From assembly GCA_964016885.1 (NCBI GenBank), contig OZ024742.1, forward strand, positions 349,928,001-349,992,000: DNA of 64,000 bases, read 5' to 3'. Origin of the DNA: Eledone cirrhosa. Taxonomy: Eukaryota. Of the stretch, positions 27,277 through 39,924 are shown one piece after another. Position 1 is the stretch's first letter; every line of letters begins with the position of its first letter. Made by a program: the position numbers and the translations under genes. Below the pieces are notes generated by a model that was not told where the DNA came from, searched no databases, and was given only the letters and a program-made list of their open reading frames with translations.

Positions 27277-27882
27277 TTTTTTTTTTTTATATATATTTTT
27301 ATGTGTATTTGGTGTATACGTTCGTATGTGTGCGGGTACAGGCGTTTAGTGGGTTCTGTATGTGCGTGCGGATTTTTTTGTGTACGTGCTTGTATTTGTA
27401 TACCTATGGCGTGTGTTATCGCGTATGCTTGTGTATGTATATGGATGCGTGTATGTATTTATTTAATTTCAATTACCTCTGTATTTTATTTACTTTATTC
27501 TTAACTCTGAAGCCGAGAATCATTCGATTTCCTAGTTATAATTTTAGACTTTAGTTATACCATTTACGTGGTTTTGTCTTTGCGTGCAATTGTTCTCACC
27601 ATCTAGATAATGACGTATTATCTTCGTTTTTTCCGTTCATTGCCAGAGAACGTCTCCTTGAACCACCTAAGAGAATATTAGTCTACGACTTCTTTTATAC
27701 CATAAACGTGGTTTTGTCTTTGCGTGTAATTGTTTTAACCGTTCCAAATAATGACGTACTATCTTTTTTTTACGTTGTTTGCCAGGGAACGTTTCCACGA
27801 ACCAAAGTATCGTCTTCCTGTCTTCCTCCGGTTGCAACGTTTTTTGAAATATTTATTTCTGCGTTCACAGATTGACTTTTTT

Positions 27883-27933
27883 AGTTTCAGAAGATCCCGT
27901 TAAGGGTGAAAGCAGCGATTCTTTGCTTAAACT
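27883..27933 (+). ncRNA. Hammerhead-ribozyme-like motif (type I, variant core CAGAAGA) at the probable 3' end of the PLE
   Basis: Stem I AGTTT/AAACT; core CAGAAGA; stem II CCC-gttaa-GGG; GAAA; stem III GCA/TGC; CUU triplet. The same sequence recurs at 43440-43557. Confidence 0.5.
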
Positions 27934-27957
27934 TTAATCTGTTATTTTAATAAATTA

Positions 27958-27991
<34 letters not shown>

Positions 27992-28205
27992 CACCTTCAC
28001 CACTAATTGATTGGACAGATGTCTTTAACCCATTGGTACCAAACATTATTTGTACCAATTGTTTTATTTATTTAAAAACAAAATTATTCTTTCTCTTAGA
28101 CTTCAGGTATTTTTTGAGAGCTAAGCATTGGTGCCTAAAATACTACAGTAGGCCACCTGGTAATCACTTGCCATTGGGCAACCTGGCAACCTGCCCAATC
28201 CGCCA

Positions 28206-28244
<39 letters not shown>

Positions 28245-28390
28245 TTTTGAGTTTATGTTGGTTGTATACCAACACCTCAGTATGCAGGCTGGAGCACTCG
28301 ACGAAGTGCGCAGGTTGGTTTGGTTACTCCGGAGTAGTGTAAAATAAAGTTAAATAAAAGTCAAATGATTAAAATTTAGCTTCGTTTATT

Positions 28391-28445
28391 ACTGCTATAT
28401 ATATTTCAGTGACAGCCATCTTTGGCTGTGACCTCTTCAGGCAGT
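28391..28445 (-). ncRNA. Mirror copy of the hammerhead ribozyme on the other palindrome arm
   Basis: Reverse complement of 28813-28867. Confidence 0.78.
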
Positions 28446-28812
28446 TTGAATTAGTATGGTATAGACAAGTACATATGTTGTTTAGGTGTATGATATTGTC
28501 AATACTCTGATATGCCCAGTTCCTTGCTGGGTTGTTAATTCACTGGGGAACTGGAGTCATATGAATTCAAACAAACGAATTTTCGTGTCACAGGTCCCCT
28601 TCTCCTCTCATTGGTCAGTTATTAGTGTTACACTAATAACTGACCAATGAGAGGAGAAGGGGACCTGTGACACGAAAATTCGTTTGTTTGAATTCATATG
28701 ACTCCAGTTCCCCAGTGAATTAACAACCCAGCAAGGAACTGGGCATATCAGAGTATTGACAATATCATACACCTAAACAACATATGTACTTGTCTATACC
28801 ATACTAATTCAA

Positions 28813-28867
28813 ACTGCCTGAAGAGGTCACAGCCAAAGATGGCTGTCACTGAAATATATATAGCAGT
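28813..28867 (+). ncRNA. Type I minimal hammerhead ribozyme (PLE type)
   Basis: ACTGC-CTGAAGA-GGTCACAGCCA aaga TGGCTGTCACT-GAAA-T atat A-TA-GCAGT: stem I, CUGANGA core, stem II, GAAA, short stem III with palindromic loop, AUA cleavage triplet; AATAAA follows. Confidence 0.8.
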
Positions 28868-29069
28868 AATAAACGAAGCTAAATTTTAATCATTTGACTT
28901 TTATTTAACTTTATTTTATATATATATATATATTGATATATTATTTGTTTGCTCAAATAATAAAATTAAATTAATTCAACAGTTAAACACACATAGGAAT
29001 AATAAGGTTGTTACCAAAGAGCCAGAATATCGATCAGAAGTCGACCCTAATTATTACTAATAGCTCTAG

Positions 29070-29458
29070 GAAATCCATGAACAACACCACATCTTTTTAA
29101 CTTTGATTTTGAAAGTAGGTTTATAATTATTAATTTTCATTATACTTTTGTAGCTTTCTCGGTGGCCTAGTTGGAGGAATCATAGACGGTGTGATCCTGA
29201 ACTGAAGTTCGATCCTGGTCAGGAGTAGGGATCCCGGTTAATCTTTTCAGTTTATTTTATTCTATTTACAACAAATAAAAAACTGAAAAATCTTATATGT
29301 ACCTCCTTGCCAGGATTGAACCCCAGGCCAGGATCTCCACCATCTCTAGTAATTACCGCTACGCCACGGAGAGAGGTACACAAGTTTTATGAAAATTCAT
29401 GCTTATAAATCTACTTTCAAAATTTTGAAAACAAAGTGTGGTGTCGTTCATGTATTTC
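29070..29458. mobile_element. Degenerate foldback element with tRNA/SINE-like arms
   Basis: GAAATCCATGAACAACACCACA pairs with TGTGGTGTCGTTCATGTATTTC; TTTTGAAAGTAGGTTTATAA pairs with TTATAAATCTACTTTCAAAA; inner arms carry GTGGCCTAGTTGG...GTTCGATCC and its approximate complement. Confidence 0.65.
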
Positions 29459-29522
29459 TTCTGTATTTTTCGAAATCCAGAGACTTTCAATAATGACCTT
29501 TGGTATTACACACTCACTAACT

Positions 29523-29951
29523 AAAAATTAGGTATTAGGATTATTGCTTTGAAATAGCGATGTTTACATGAATGCATGTATAGTATATTTGGCAATATAC
29601 CATATGTATAATTGAAAACATTTTGAAGACCTTGCGCTATCCTAATACCTAATTTTTGCTGGACCGGCAATCGCTCTGTATAATCAGCTCTTATTATTAC
29701 TGGAATTCTATAAGAATCCAGCTTCTATGATTTTCGGCAAAGGCTCTGATGATCACCAACAGTGTGAAACAAACTCACTTAGCTTCTATCCCTTCTTTTG
29801 CCGAAAACAAGAAGTAAGTGACATAGTCACTACTTTAAAAATGATAGCGCAAGGTCTTCAAAATGTTTTTAATTAAACATACGGTATATTGCCAAATATA
29901 CTATACATACATTCATGTATACATCGCTATTTCAGAGCACCAATCGTAATA
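29523..29951. mobile_element. MITE-like element with ~110-bp inverted repeats and a nested 19-bp inverted repeat
   Basis: 29533-29641 is the reverse complement of 29843-29951; AAAAATTAGGTATTAGGAT (29523-29541) is inverted at 29639-29657. Confidence 0.7.
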
Positions 29952-30306
29952 TATATATATATATATATACACATATATATATATATATATATATACACAT
30001 ATTCTCGGCATGGTGAACTAACTGTTGTGGACCTACTTCTACCAAACTCGCCCCATGGACTGAGTGCTCTACTACTACAGATATTGATAGCGAGACTTAT
30101 ATAGGTTTATTAAACTTAAACATATTTTTATATGGTTTAATATACGCCCCTAATACACACACACACACATTTGTCTATTATCTATCTATCTATCTACCTA
30201 TCTATCTATAATAATAATAATGGTTTAGATCAATATCTGTGTGTGTGTGTGTGTGTGGGGGGGTCTATGTATATCTGTCTCTCTGTCTGTTTGTATATAT
30301 ATATGT

Positions 30307-30342
<36 letters not shown>

Positions 30343-30836
30343 TTCTAATTTCTATCGAAGCTCTATAAAGCGGAGCTAAGGAAAATATTCAATACACAAC
30401 CTTTGTATCATCTGAATGTTGGAGATTGATTCATAATAGCTTACAGGTGCATTTTCTTATCGACATCTTCATACAAATTTTGGCTACAATTGCATCCTTA
30501 TTGGATCTTATAGATTTCTATGGAGAATATTTGCTCGTTTAGATTAGTTACATCTCTTTAGTAAAGAAATTAATTTCTGCAAAACTGTGCACTCACTGTC
30601 CTCTACATTTTCGCTGATTCACAGCGACCTGTTTTGTTTAGTTAGCTCTGACATTTCGTTCGTTCAATTGTGTTCTATACAGATCTTCTATAATGTTCAC
30701 ATGCAACCTTCTAAACATTGCACCAACCAAGAATGAAAATCTATTTTCCAGATAATAACTACTTTCATTTTCTTCTATTCTTTCCTTTTCTTATGAGTTC
30801 TTTTCTTTTCTTTTTCACCTTTCTTTCCCTTTCCCA

Positions 30837-30953
30837 TTCTTCTTCTTCTTCTTCTTCTTCTTCTTCTTCTTCTTCTTCTTCTTCTTCTTCTTCTTCTTCT
30901 TCTTCTTCTTCTTCTTCTTCTTCTTCTTCTTCTTCTTCTTCTTCTTCTTCTTC
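30837..30953. repeat. (TTC)n microsatellite
   Basis: Read directly. Confidence 0.97.
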
Positions 30954-31043
30954 TCGTCGACCCTGTTAGTTTGTTTCCCTTTATCTCACCCCCCTCTCCT
31001 CATCATCTCATTTTCTCCACTGCTCTGCTCTCTCTCTCTCTCG

Positions 31044-31086
<43 letters not shown>

Positions 31087-32759
31087 AATATATATATATA
31101 TATATAATACGCACACACACACGCACACAGACACACACAGACACACATACCCCCCCCCCCATAATAACTTAATAACAATATTACCAAAGTTTGTTATGGT
31201 TATCGACTGCTTTCATGCAATAATCAGAGTTTATTTGATTTAAGACACACGTCAGGTCTGAAGCTGAATTTCATTTTTAACACTTTTACAAGATGGTTGA
31301 TCGATAGATTACGAGGTTTCAAGAATTGCATGGCATGTTTGTGGGAGAAAAAGAAAGAAAGGAAGACAAACAAGGGGCGACAACCATTCTGTTTTATACT
31401 GTTAATTTTCTATCACTCGAGGAATGATTGCATAGCGAAATATATGCAATTGTATAAGAGTAACATGTTTGAAAATAGTTATCTACCTTCACTGCTTGCT
31501 TAAGTGACTAATGATCGGGGGGATGGTATTTACAAGACGAAGTAGATCTTTCCTAAAGTAAGGACAAGATTTAAATATTTCTCTCTTGGTATTGAAATAC
31601 TCACTAGAGAATCTCTATCCTTGAAGCATTAGTGTAATTTTAGATGTGAAAAGCACACATCTCCTGGATTAATTAATTAATATAGGATTTAATTTTTTCG
31701 TGGATCTTTCCTGTAAATTTATTGATTTTAATCCAGCCTTTCAAGATGCACCCGTGATTTACTACAGAAGTAACTTCAAGGCAAGCCAATTAGTTAGTTG
31801 AAATTCATATGACACTCGATGTCATGGCTATTTTTTTTTATATCTGGTTGATTGTTTTCAAATGTCATTCCTAGTTGACTCTCCTAATTCAATTATCTCA
31901 CATCCATTCAATCTTTGTCTTTCTATAGTTTGCCAGCGCAAGAAACACCTGGTCCCTCATCTCGTTGCTGGTTTAATTCTCCTACTGTCATTTCATAACC
32001 TTCTACTTTCATATTGTCTCTTTAACATGATAGGGTCAGCAAACAAAATTGACTCGTGATTTGGTCATTTATACACCGCCATCACCATTATCATCATATG
32101 CCTTTTTGTAATGGTCGTCGATAGCTTTATTGTAGTTAATGGCATGGCGTTTTCCAAGATAATAAGACGTGATAGAAACTATCTCACGTGGATTCGATAT
32201 TTCCCTAGTGGAACTGTGGATTGAGGCTAACACTCCACGTCTTCACATTTTCTATCATCACGTAGTCAGTCTTTCAATCTGCTAGATACAGCAGCTAAAT
32301 ATATCCTAAATCTCAACCTTAATCAAGGAAAGATACATGAGGTCATGTAATAGTCCTAGATATACCCCGCAAAGAACATTTTTTGGTGTCAATAAGTTTA
32401 GTTACCACGTGGAGTGAATATAGTAACTGTTTTTAACAAAGGTGCTTTGATGGAGTAGTAGGGTAATGGTCAGTGAAAATAGTGAAGGGTGTTGATGTAG
32501 AGCAAGAGGTAGACGATGAGAAGATCCCAATGAATACGTTAGGTAGATGTGTGTGGTGTGTTGTGGGAGAGTGAAAGGCCTTGGTTTTTGGTGTGAGACC
32601 TGGAGTGGGATCAGAATTAGTATAAGCGAGGGATGTCTTGCGTGATAGATATGGGAGGAGAAGCTGGCAGAGTACTGAGAGCTAATCAGTGACCAGCATT
32701 GAGTTTCTCAGGTGCTAAGGAACAAAAAGATAAGAGAGTGAGGTGAAGAAAAAAACGAC

Positions 32760-33325
32760 AGTCGGGTTTGAGGTGGGTACCGAAGCTAGAGTTACTGGAG
32801 GGAGTATTGAAACTGTTAAGAACGGAGGTATGGAAGTTCCTATTTGAAACATAAACCACTGTTTGTTGAGTTGTGGAGTAGCCTTGTGGTCATGATGTTC
32901 GTAAGTTTGGAAGACGCAGAAATGTTGAAGAGAGCGGGCGGTGGATTATCTGGAAAGCCATAGATTTCAGGCATAGGTATTGTGGACCACTAACAAATAC
33001 TGACGGAGGCGATTAATCACGTGGGGAAAGGTCTCAGCTTTGTATAGGACATTGCAGGGCTGACGTTCAATGTAGTATATGAGATTAGAAAATGTGCTAT
33101 CACAGGGATCTGTGCTAGGTTGAGTTGTGGCGCTGGGTCACCACATAAATTTGTGGGGGAAGGTAGAAGTTCTTAGCTGGATGGGCTAGGGGATAGAGAA
33201 GGTGTTGATCAGAATATTGCATAAGTTATGTGACGTTTAGAGGAATGGAGGCCCAGGGAATGTTGGAGATGTGGTGGTGGCTGTGGAGAGATTTTAAAAG
33301 GTGGGACATTGAAGATAGACGAGAC
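32760..33325 (-). pseudogene. Highly degenerate PLE C-terminal/GIY-YIG remnant (different family)
   Basis: Minus-strand translation near 33030-33100 gives STFSNLIYYIERQPCNVLYKAET, resembling CTSSNLIYCIxCxxCxxLYIGET; an FGT.LKPD-like motif near 32765-32785. Confidence 0.55.
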
Positions 33326-33339
33326 TAAAGAGGCAACAG

Positions 33340-33622
33340 CACCATCACCAGCTACTACCACCACCATCACCACCACACCCTCTACTATCACCACCATCAC
33401 CACCATCACAACCACTACTATCAACACCATCACCACTACTATAACCATCACAACCACCACCAACACCACTACTACCACGCGCACCACCACCACCATCAAC
33501 ACTACCACCACTACTGCCACTCCCATCACCATCATCACTACCACCATTACTGCCACCACAACCCCCATCACCACCATCACTACCACCACTACTCCCACCA
33601 CCACCACCATCACTACTACCAC
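33340..33622. repeat. (ACC/ACT/ATC)n trinucleotide tract
   Basis: Read directly. Confidence 0.93.
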
Positions 33623-33689
33623 TTTAATTGTTCTGCACCTATTTACAGATACTCTGATGCTACTTTCACAGTTATAAATGAAGGGAGTC

Positions 33690-35690
33690 AGTATCTGTCC
33701 CGGTGGAAAGATGTAACAATTGACGTTACCATGGTAAACAACAGGAGATCGAATGGAGTTCGAATGGAGATGGAATCACTCCCAGGTTCTGCTGCACGTC
33801 GGGCTGAGGAGGCCAAACTCCTCAAATACCGGTCGCTCTCCGACAGATTTGCGGTTGTACCCTTGACAGTGGAGACTTCTGGTGTCCTCGGTCCTAGGGC
33901 TACCTCCCTACTCACCACCATAGGCGCTGAGCTGGCTACCTGTAGCAGTGGAGACTTCTGGTGTCCTCGGTCCTAGGGCTACCTCCCTACTCACCACCAT
34001 AGGCGCTGAGCTGGCTACCTGTAGCAGTGGAGACTTCTGGTGTCCTCGGTCCTAGGGCTACCTCCCTACTCACCACCATAGGCGCTGAGCTGGCTACCTG
34101 TAGCAGTGGAGACTTCTGGTGTCCTCGGTCCTAGGGCTACCTCCCTACTCACCACCATAGGCGCTGAGCTGGCTACCTGTAGCAGTGGAGACTTCAGGTG
34201 TCCTCGGTCCTAGGGCTACCTCCCTACTCACCACCATAGGCGCTGAGCTGGCTACCTGTAGCAGTGGAGATTTCTGGTGTCCTCGGTCCTAGGGCTACCT
34301 CCCTACTCACCATCATAGGCGCTGAACTGGCTACCTGTAGCAGTGGAGACTTCTGGTGTCCTCGGTCCTAGGGCTACCCCCCTACTCACCACCATAGGCG
34401 CTGAGCTGGCTACCTGTAGCAGTGGAGACTTCTGGTGTCCTCGGTCCTAGGGCTACCTCCCTACTCACCACCATAGGCGCTGAGCTGGCTACCTGTAGCA
34501 GTGGAGACTTCTGGTGTCCTCGGTCCTAGGGCTACCTCCCTACTCACCACCATAGGCGCTGAGCTGGCTACCTGTAGCAGTGGAGATTTCTGGTGTCCTC
34601 GGTCCTAGGGCTACCTCCCTACTCACCATCATAGGCGCTGAGCTGGCTACCTGTAGCAGTGGAGACTTCTGGTGTCCTCGGTCCTAGGGCTACCTCCCTA
34701 CTCACCACCATAGGCGCTGAGCTGGCTACCTGTAGCAGTGGAGACTTCTGGTGTCCTCGGTCCTACGGCTACCTCCCTACTCACCACCATAGGCGCTGAG
34801 CTGGCTACCTGTAGCAGTGGATACTTCTGGTGTCCTCGGTCCTAGGGCTACCTCCCTACTCACCACCATAGGCGCTGAGCTGGCTACCTGTAGCAGTGGA
34901 GACTTCTGGTGTGCTCGGTCCTAGGGCTACCTCCCTACTCACCACCATAGGCGCTGAGCTGGCTACCTGTAGCAGTGGAGACTTCTGGTGTCCTCGGTCC
35001 TAGGGCTACCTCCCTACTCACCACCATAGGCGCTGAGCTGGCTACCTGTAGCAGTGGAGACTTCTGGTGTCCTCGGTCCTAGGGCTACCTCCCTACTCAC
35101 CACCATAGGCGCTGAGCTGGCTACCTGTAGCAGTGGAGATTTCTGGTGTCCTCGGTCCTAGGGCTACCTCCCTACTCACCACCATAGGCGCTGAGCTGGC
35201 TACCTGTAGCAGTGGAGACTTCTGGTGTCCTCGGTCCTAGGGCTACCTCCCTACTCACCACCATAGGCGCTGAGCTGGCTACCTGTAGCAGTGGAGACTT
35301 CTGGTGTCCTCGGTCCTAGGGCTACCTCCCTACTCACCACCATAGGCGCTGAGCTGGCTACCTGTAGCAGTGGTGACTTCTGGTGTCCTCGGTCCTAGGG
35401 CTACCTCCCTACTCACCACCATAGGCGCTGAGCTGGCTACCTGTAGCAGTGGAGACTTCTGGTGTCCTCGGTCCTAGGGCTACCTCCCTACTCACCATCA
35501 TAGGCGCTGAGCTGGCTACCTGTAGCAGTGGAGACTTCTGGTGTCCTCGGTCCTAGGGCTACCTCCCTACTCACCATCATAGGCGCTGAACTGGCCAGCC
35601 GCAGGTGTGAGCCCCGCGAGTTGGAGTGGCTCTTCCAGCGCGTCTCCCTTGCCGTCCTCTGGGGAAACGCCTTCTCTATTCTATCCGCCG
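33690..35690 (+). mobile_element. 3' fragment of an RLE-type (CRE-like) non-LTR retrotransposon with an internal tandem expansion
   Basis: Joined translation PGSAARRAEEAKLLKYRSLSDRFAVVPLTVETSGVLG...IGAELASRRCEPRELEWLFQRVSLAVLWGNAFSIL fits the C-terminal restriction-like endonuclease pattern (AExxKxxKY..P.AVET.G...L.QR.S.A...GNA). Confidence 0.78.
33858..35595 (+). repeat. 79-bp tandem repeat, 22 copies
   Basis: CAGTGGAGAC recurs at 33867, 33946, 34025 ... 35526 (1659 = 21 x 79); units are near-identical. Confidence 0.97.
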
Positions 35691-35903
35691 GGGCTGTGGG
35701 CAGACAAGCCGATTATATTAGGAATTCTGTTGAATAGTCTTAAATACGTTTACTTGACTTTATCATATCTATGAGTCCTTTACATATATATTTGTGTGTG
35801 TAGTAGAAACGTTTGATTTATATCTTTCTATAACATAAATATAGAAACAGATAAATAAGCAAATATATTTTCTTCTCTACATACTGTATTATATATATAT
35901 ACA

Positions 35904-35992
35904 CAAGGGGTCCCCCAAAAATGTATGCACCATTCTAATAAATATTACCTGTACAGGTAATCAAATTGTGTATACATTTTTGGGATACCCTG
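35904..35992. mobile_element. ~90-bp Tc1/mariner-type MITE
   Basis: TIRs CAAGGGGTCCCCCAAAAATGTATGCAC and GTGTATACATTTTTGGGATACCCTG, in TA-rich flanks. Confidence 0.7.
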
Positions 35993-36261
35993 TATATATA
36001 GTTAGCAAATATATAAACAAACAAACAAATATATAAATATATAAACAAAGGACGAAGTCATTCATAAGTTTTCTAAAATCCATTGTATTGGGCTGGTGGA
36101 GAACTGAAATGTTGTGAATTGGGAAATTGTAATGAAAAAGAAAGGAAAAGAAAAAGAAATAGATATACATATATAAAAGAAAAGAAAAGAACAGAAAAAA
36201 GAAGAAATAAGAGAACAGAAAAATGATGAAAAAATGAAAAATACGGTTGTTCATATATTGT

Positions 36262-36380
36262 GAAGGCGTGTGGCTGAGTGGTTAGGGAATTGGCTTCGCA
36301 ATCGTAAGGTTCTGAGTTCGATTCCTGGACCAGGCTATGCGTTGTGTCCTTGAGCAAGACACTTTATTTCACCTTGCTCC
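36262..36380 (+). mobile_element. tRNA-derived CORE-type SINE, 5' part
   Basis: A box TGGCTGAGTGG, B box GTTCGATTCC, CORE-like GTGTCCTTGAGCAAGACACTT. Confidence 0.8.
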
Positions 36381-36949
36381 TTCTACCTGGAGTTGCGACC
36401 GATAGATAGTATTAGCAATTGGAAAGACCAACGGAACCATTGTTTCCTCGGTCCGATTTGACGAAAGTCGATCGTTCCTTAAAAAAAAAAATATATATAT
36501 ATATATTGTCAAATTTCTTTCGTCGCACATTCTGTGACCTCATCAGTGACCGGGGATTCTTTTCTTTGTTTTGTTTTGTGCCTCTCCTTTGTTCTGTCCT
36601 ACGCCATCTTGTTTTTGTGTGTGTTGTCAACACACACAAACAAGATATATATATATCGCAATTGTCATATATGATGGCTTGTTCACGAAAATCGAACAAT
36701 TTGCCACAATTTGATGGCTTCTACATGAAAACTGAACAATTTTATTATTGTAAAGAAATAGCTAAAAGATTCTCTCTCCCCCTCTCTCACTCTCTCTCAC
36801 TCTCATTGGCTCACTCTCTCTCACTCTCTCTCCTTCTACCTCTCCTTCCATCTCTATCTTTCTGTTTCTCTCTCTTTCTCTCCTTGTCTCTTTCTCCCTC
36901 TCTCTGTCTCTCCCATACATATAACCATTAATACAAACCTACATACAGA

Positions 36950-37742
<793 letters not shown>

Positions 37743-38169
37743 GTAGAAACAAGAAAAGAACACTCAATATAGGTTCTTATATAATATTTATAGCTGATGA
37801 TTCACTCCATTGCTACTCGTTGTTATTCACATATACTTTATATAGTCATTCAGATATTCTCCTGTGAGTGGTGAAAGCTAGTGTTGTGTGCAAACAGAAC
37901 GGTTTATCCGATTTCTATTGTTGAATACAGGTCAATTGGTCGAAAATATTACAGACCAAATAGCAGCTGAACTAGTGTGATATAAGAAAGGCCATGCACT
38001 TCTTTAGTTATGAAGGAGGCTTTACACCGTAGCTGTACTTGTACATTGTGAAGCCTAGATAGTCGGAATAAGCAAGAGAATCTAGATCATATCATCGGAC
38101 AAGGATATTTCTAACAAGTCAGTCACTATTATAACAAGACACAAGATAGAAGTGTCTTTAGAAAGAAGT

Positions 38170-38690
38170 TATATTATATGTAAAACATTACACGCACCTC
38201 TTACTACCAGAGGAACATCAGGAATATAGGAGTTAACCTAGTTCAATCCTGAACAAACTGGTCACAATATAAAACATACCAAGGAATGCTTTGGTTCTAC
38301 CAAGGCAACAATTCTGATCAACATATAAATATAGTGGATTATTTAAGACACGCAACGTTAAAGTCAGCTTTTCTTGCCTGGATAACAACATCTCTCAGAT
38401 CCAATAAATTCGATAATTTACATCGACAAAGCAAGTTATTTTCTGTGGATTAGACTATTTAATGTAAGTAGAAATCTCCCGACATTCCACATCAGCAAAG
38501 GACTTGTATATGGAACGTCAATAATAGCCGAAGGCGACATTGAAAAGAGCTACAGGGGACTCACCGCAACCATTTCAATGACTGTTCGCATCCGAATCTC
38601 TATTTTTTAGATCAAAGAATATTCTACATAACTGTCCAAATATATTTGGAAACACTGGGACCATGGATCGGAATTATCTTCGATTACATG
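38170..38690 (+). pseudogene. Degenerate PLE RT C-terminus/GIY-YIG remnant
   Basis: KYSGLFKTRNVKVSFSCLDN (cf. PLE IFNRNNVKVSYSCM.N), GLVY...KSYRGLT and KEYST*LSKYIW. Confidence 0.7.
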
Positions 38691-38726
38691 TAACAAAAAC
38701 GATAAGTCTATATTATATTTCAAACG

Positions 38727-38912
38727 TGGGTGGATTGGATGTATTGGTAGAGGGCCGGACGCCATGCTTTGTAGCCTAGAGTTACGCCCCTTTCGATCTG
38801 AGTTCAAATCACGCCGAGGTTAACTTTGCTTTCATCCTTATGGAGTCGATAAAATAAAGTACCAGTAATGCACTGGGTAATTGCTGGCCTTGTGCCAAAA
38901 GTAGAAACAATT
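38727..38912 (+). mobile_element. SINE, same family as 18816
   Basis: GGTGGATTGG..GGTAGAGGGCCGGACGCCATG head, GAGTTCAAATC B box, conserved body. Confidence 0.85.
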
Positions 38913-39359
38913 ATATTTCAAGGGATCAGGAAATTGTCGAATTTGCCACAGAAATTCCAGAAACACAGATACTGAAGTAGATTGTGATATGCCTCATCAG
39001 AAAATCTGAAGTATTGTCTAACTGCCGTCATTGGAGGAATTTTTAACAACTACCAGCTGCTTTAGTGTCCAATGACAGACACCATAATTACAACCTCAGT
39101 TACGAGGGACCTGTAATACTTGAGGACTGTTGGCCTGGGTTTATATATCTCCATTAGTAAAGTAGTCCATTTGCTTGTTGGTCTGCAGGATGTTCGACCA
39201 CGTGACTCATTTCAACCAATAATATACTAAGGAAACAGCAACAGTCTTCATTAGCCACGAGACATTGTCAGGATAATTATACATATAATTGACATGTGTG
39301 AAACACTGAGGAATAGATCAACAAATATTAATCACCATCCACACATGTTCTTTGTATAG

Positions 39360-39905
39360 CAAGGGAGTAGCTTTAGAAAAAAACAAAACTGAAAAAGAAC
39401 TGGTAGCTAAAGTAGAAGAGGCACTTATGAATGGCAGTACAGCTGACGTGCTAGCGGGGAGAACGCTACTAGACCAGTTCTTCAACGTGAAACACGAAGG
39501 CTGTATTGTCAGAAGTAGAACACGTGCTCTAAGAAACGAGGGAGCCAAAGCAGTTAGCTGGGCCCCAGTGGCAAAGGCGAAAAGTGGCGACAAATCCACA
39601 ATTCGGTCCTTGCAAGACAAAGATGGACGCATTCTACTTGAATCCAAACAGATGTGCACGACCTTCCAGTAGCATTTTGCACAACTGTTCGGGCAAAGCG
39701 GTACGTCGAGCGAGGTGATGGACTTCAGTTCCTACCTCGACGACGTACCACGACTCTCGAGCACGGATGCAGAGAGCTGCGAAAGGCCGATCACAGCAGG
39801 CGAAATAGAAGATCCCCTAGGCCGCTGCGGGAAACGCAAATCACCCGGTTTAGATGGTCTATCCTATGAGTTTTACATAGGCATGCCAGACTTCTTCTCT
39901 GGCCA
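39360..39905 (+). pseudogene. Internal fragment of a Tx1-like LINE ORF2
   Basis: KTEKELVAKVEEAL...FFNVKHEGCIVRSRTRALRNEGAKAVSWA...CGKRKSPGLDGLSYEFY aligns with ORF2 at ~49580-50105; contains an in-frame stop. Confidence 0.9.
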
Positions 39906-39924
39906 GTAATTATCCCAAGGCCAG

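Larger units (their letters stand above)
28340..28918. repeat. 579-bp palindrome (289-bp arms, 1-nt centre at 28629); probable inverted PLE pLTR pair
   Basis: Arms read as exact reverse complements by eye, e.g. TCAGTTATTAGTGT-T-ACACTAATAACTGA; the right end abuts (TA)n. Confidence 0.95.

Noticed and set aside
25844-28208. Possible TIR pair CAGTCGTGGA... / ...TCCGCCACTG in TA flanks, defining a DNA transposon
   Set aside because: Terminal similarity is short and imperfect, and no transposase is visible.
33858-35595. 79-bp repeat as CRISPR or as a repeat protein
   Set aside because: No spacers; length is not a multiple of 3; the sequence derives from retrotransposon coding DNA.
36262-36340. 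tRNA gene candidate
   Set aside because: A and B boxes are present but continue into a CORE-like SINE domain; no convincing cloverleaf or acceptor stem.
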